Under the pieces are notes generated by a model, which saw only the letters and a program-made list of their open reading frames with translations, was not told the origin of the DNA and ran no database searches. The position numbers and the translations under genes are program-made. A DNA stretch of 62,608 nucleotides, the filler included, from Folioceros fuciformis (Eukaryota): the NCBI GenBank assembly GCA_049999805.1. It is 11 parts of 11 records of this genome, joined end to end, with 100 filler letters (N's around TTAATTAATTAA, not from the genome) between each part and the next. Parts side by side here need not be neighbours in the genome. Positions count along the whole stretch, not along the records: positions 60,418 to 62,608 come from JBNGIO010001530.1; 10 more parts are not named here. One strand, 5' to 3'. Shown one piece after another: positions 61,207 to 62,608 of the stretch. Within the stretch, counting starts at the first letter, position 1; each line of letters opens with the position of its first letter.

Positions 61207-61271
61207 ATCGTGACGTGGGGGTGACATCTCAACAATCGTGACGCGGGGGTGACATCTCAACAATCGTGACG
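61190..61271. repeat. 28-bp tandem repeat x3
   Basis: gtgacatctcaacaatcgtgacg starts at 61193, 61221 and 61249. Confidence 0.9.
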
Positions 61272-61305
61272 CCCATGTCTTGCAGTGCAAAAACTGGCAC
61301 CTAAG

Positions 61306-62608
61306 TTAGCTTGGCAGCCAGTTGTGTGACTGTGGTGGCTTGAGGTAAGAGATACACATGCTCTGGCCAGGTGTTCTTCTCGTGGCCAGCTGTTCCACAC
61401 GCAGCGTTGAGTGCTCCTGGCCTTGTACTGGAATTGCAGACCCCGGTGGCAGCAGGGAAAAGGACTTTGGCATGGTAGCCTTGGCCCCTCGATTCCTGGT
61501 GACAGGCCCTAAGGCAGGTGCTGTTGTTCCCATGACCACCTGTAAATTCTACCCCACCCATGTGGCTGGCAATTCAACCTCCATGCTACTATCACCAATT
61601 CTGTCAATCGTACATACTTGGTGTGTTGGGCCATAATCCTCATCCTCTTGTACCGATACGAACTTCACCGCATTTGCTGGTTTGGAAGAGCCGGTGATGC
61701 TGGACAGGTTGGCTATCCAGACTCCAAGTTGAGCTATCATGGCGGCCATGGAAGCCTCAAGGGAGTTGACCTTGTCAGCAGTGGCGGCTACCTTAGCCTT
61801 GGCCTTGGCCTTGTCACGCTGCTACTTACTATGGGACAACCCAATAGCGCTCCTCGTTCCTCCTGCTTCCACACTCGCAATTGTGGCTCCTACAGACCCC
61901 ATGGTACCAATATTCTGGTAGCTTCGTTCGAGGTGCTTTTGGAAGCACACGGTAACCACGTGTCCATTCTTCTAGCAATGGGTGCAGTAGAGTCCCTCCA
62001 AAGGACACTTGCATGCAGAGGACATGTGCTCAGGGCTGCCACAATCGTTACACATGGCTACCACTGCTGCCGCTGGAGCTGCTGCTGAAGCTACCTTAAC
62101 TAGCTTAGTCTGACCAGTCTTGGCTCCTGCACCTGTGTTAGCTGCCCCCTTGCTAGAGAACATGGACTAGTAGTGCGTGAAGGCCTTGGAATGCCAAGAG
62201 GCATAGGCCGAGAAGGCTACCTCCTTCTTCTCAGCTTCTTCATGCACTTGCGCCAAAGTGTACTTGTCCCCATATTTGTCCACCAAGGACGTAACCAGCT
62301 GGAAATGAAACAACGGGTCTCCTTCAAGTGCAGTCAAAAACCTCTGCGCTGCTTCTTGATTTGTTAACATCCTTGTACCTCCCCTCAATTTCTGTAGCCT
62401 CTTGAAGCACATCTGGACTATCTCCCCCTTTTTGCGAGCAAAGGCAGCAAGTTCTGCAATTTTCTCTGGGTTCTTCAGTGGGAATGCCCTCTCCAAAATA
62501 GCTAGGAACTCCTCCAATGGGTTCAGGTACTTGCAGGTGTGTAGAAACTCCTGCACACCAGCTGTGGTAGTAGCCCGCTCTGCTAGTGTCAAATTCACCA
62601 CCGTTGGA
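61306..62608 (-). mobile_element. Degenerate retrotransposon gag-like ORF with two zinc knuckles
   Basis: FARKKGEIVQMCFKRLQKL (gag-like); CNDCGSPEHMSSAC (CX2CX4HX4C); a second disrupted knuckle CTHC*..GHVVTVC; stops and frameshifts. Confidence 0.6.

Noticed and set aside
57572-61271. Short direct repeats (31, 55 and 28 bp) as CRISPR-like arrays
   Set aside because: No unique spacers, no cas genes, eukaryotic context.

Overview
Compact plant nuclear DNA (about 50% GC, short GT-AG introns). A hornwort or related early land plant is inferred mainly from a WW-type PLS-PPR gene. The window is 11 pieces joined by artificial 100-bp N44-TTAATTAATTAA-N44 spacers, so adjacency across spacers is unproven. 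Apparently intact genes: PH-RhoGAP (REN-like), DCP5, TIL lipocalin, SART-1/DOT2, OTLD1/OTU6, D2HGDH, RNase H2 subunit C, a GH28 polygalacturonase and a 1598-aa single-exon PLS-PPR. Partial or degenerate genes: an atypical ApoD-like lipocalin exon, a secreted DUF26-like protein, a peroxisomal SDR pseudogene and a possible F-box/LRR relic. Mobile DNA: a Tad1-like RT-RNaseH LINE, an internally deleted PIF/Harbinger element with TIRs and TTA TSD, three copies of a retroelement-type extra-ORF repeat, a Copia 3' end and a gag relic. The most striking observation is that the PPR protein carries an N-terminal OSB-type PDF motif (ssDNA-binding in OSB proteins) fused to about 38 PPRs and a WW-type PG box with no deaminase core. 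All family assignments are from motif recognition by eye; no searches were run.
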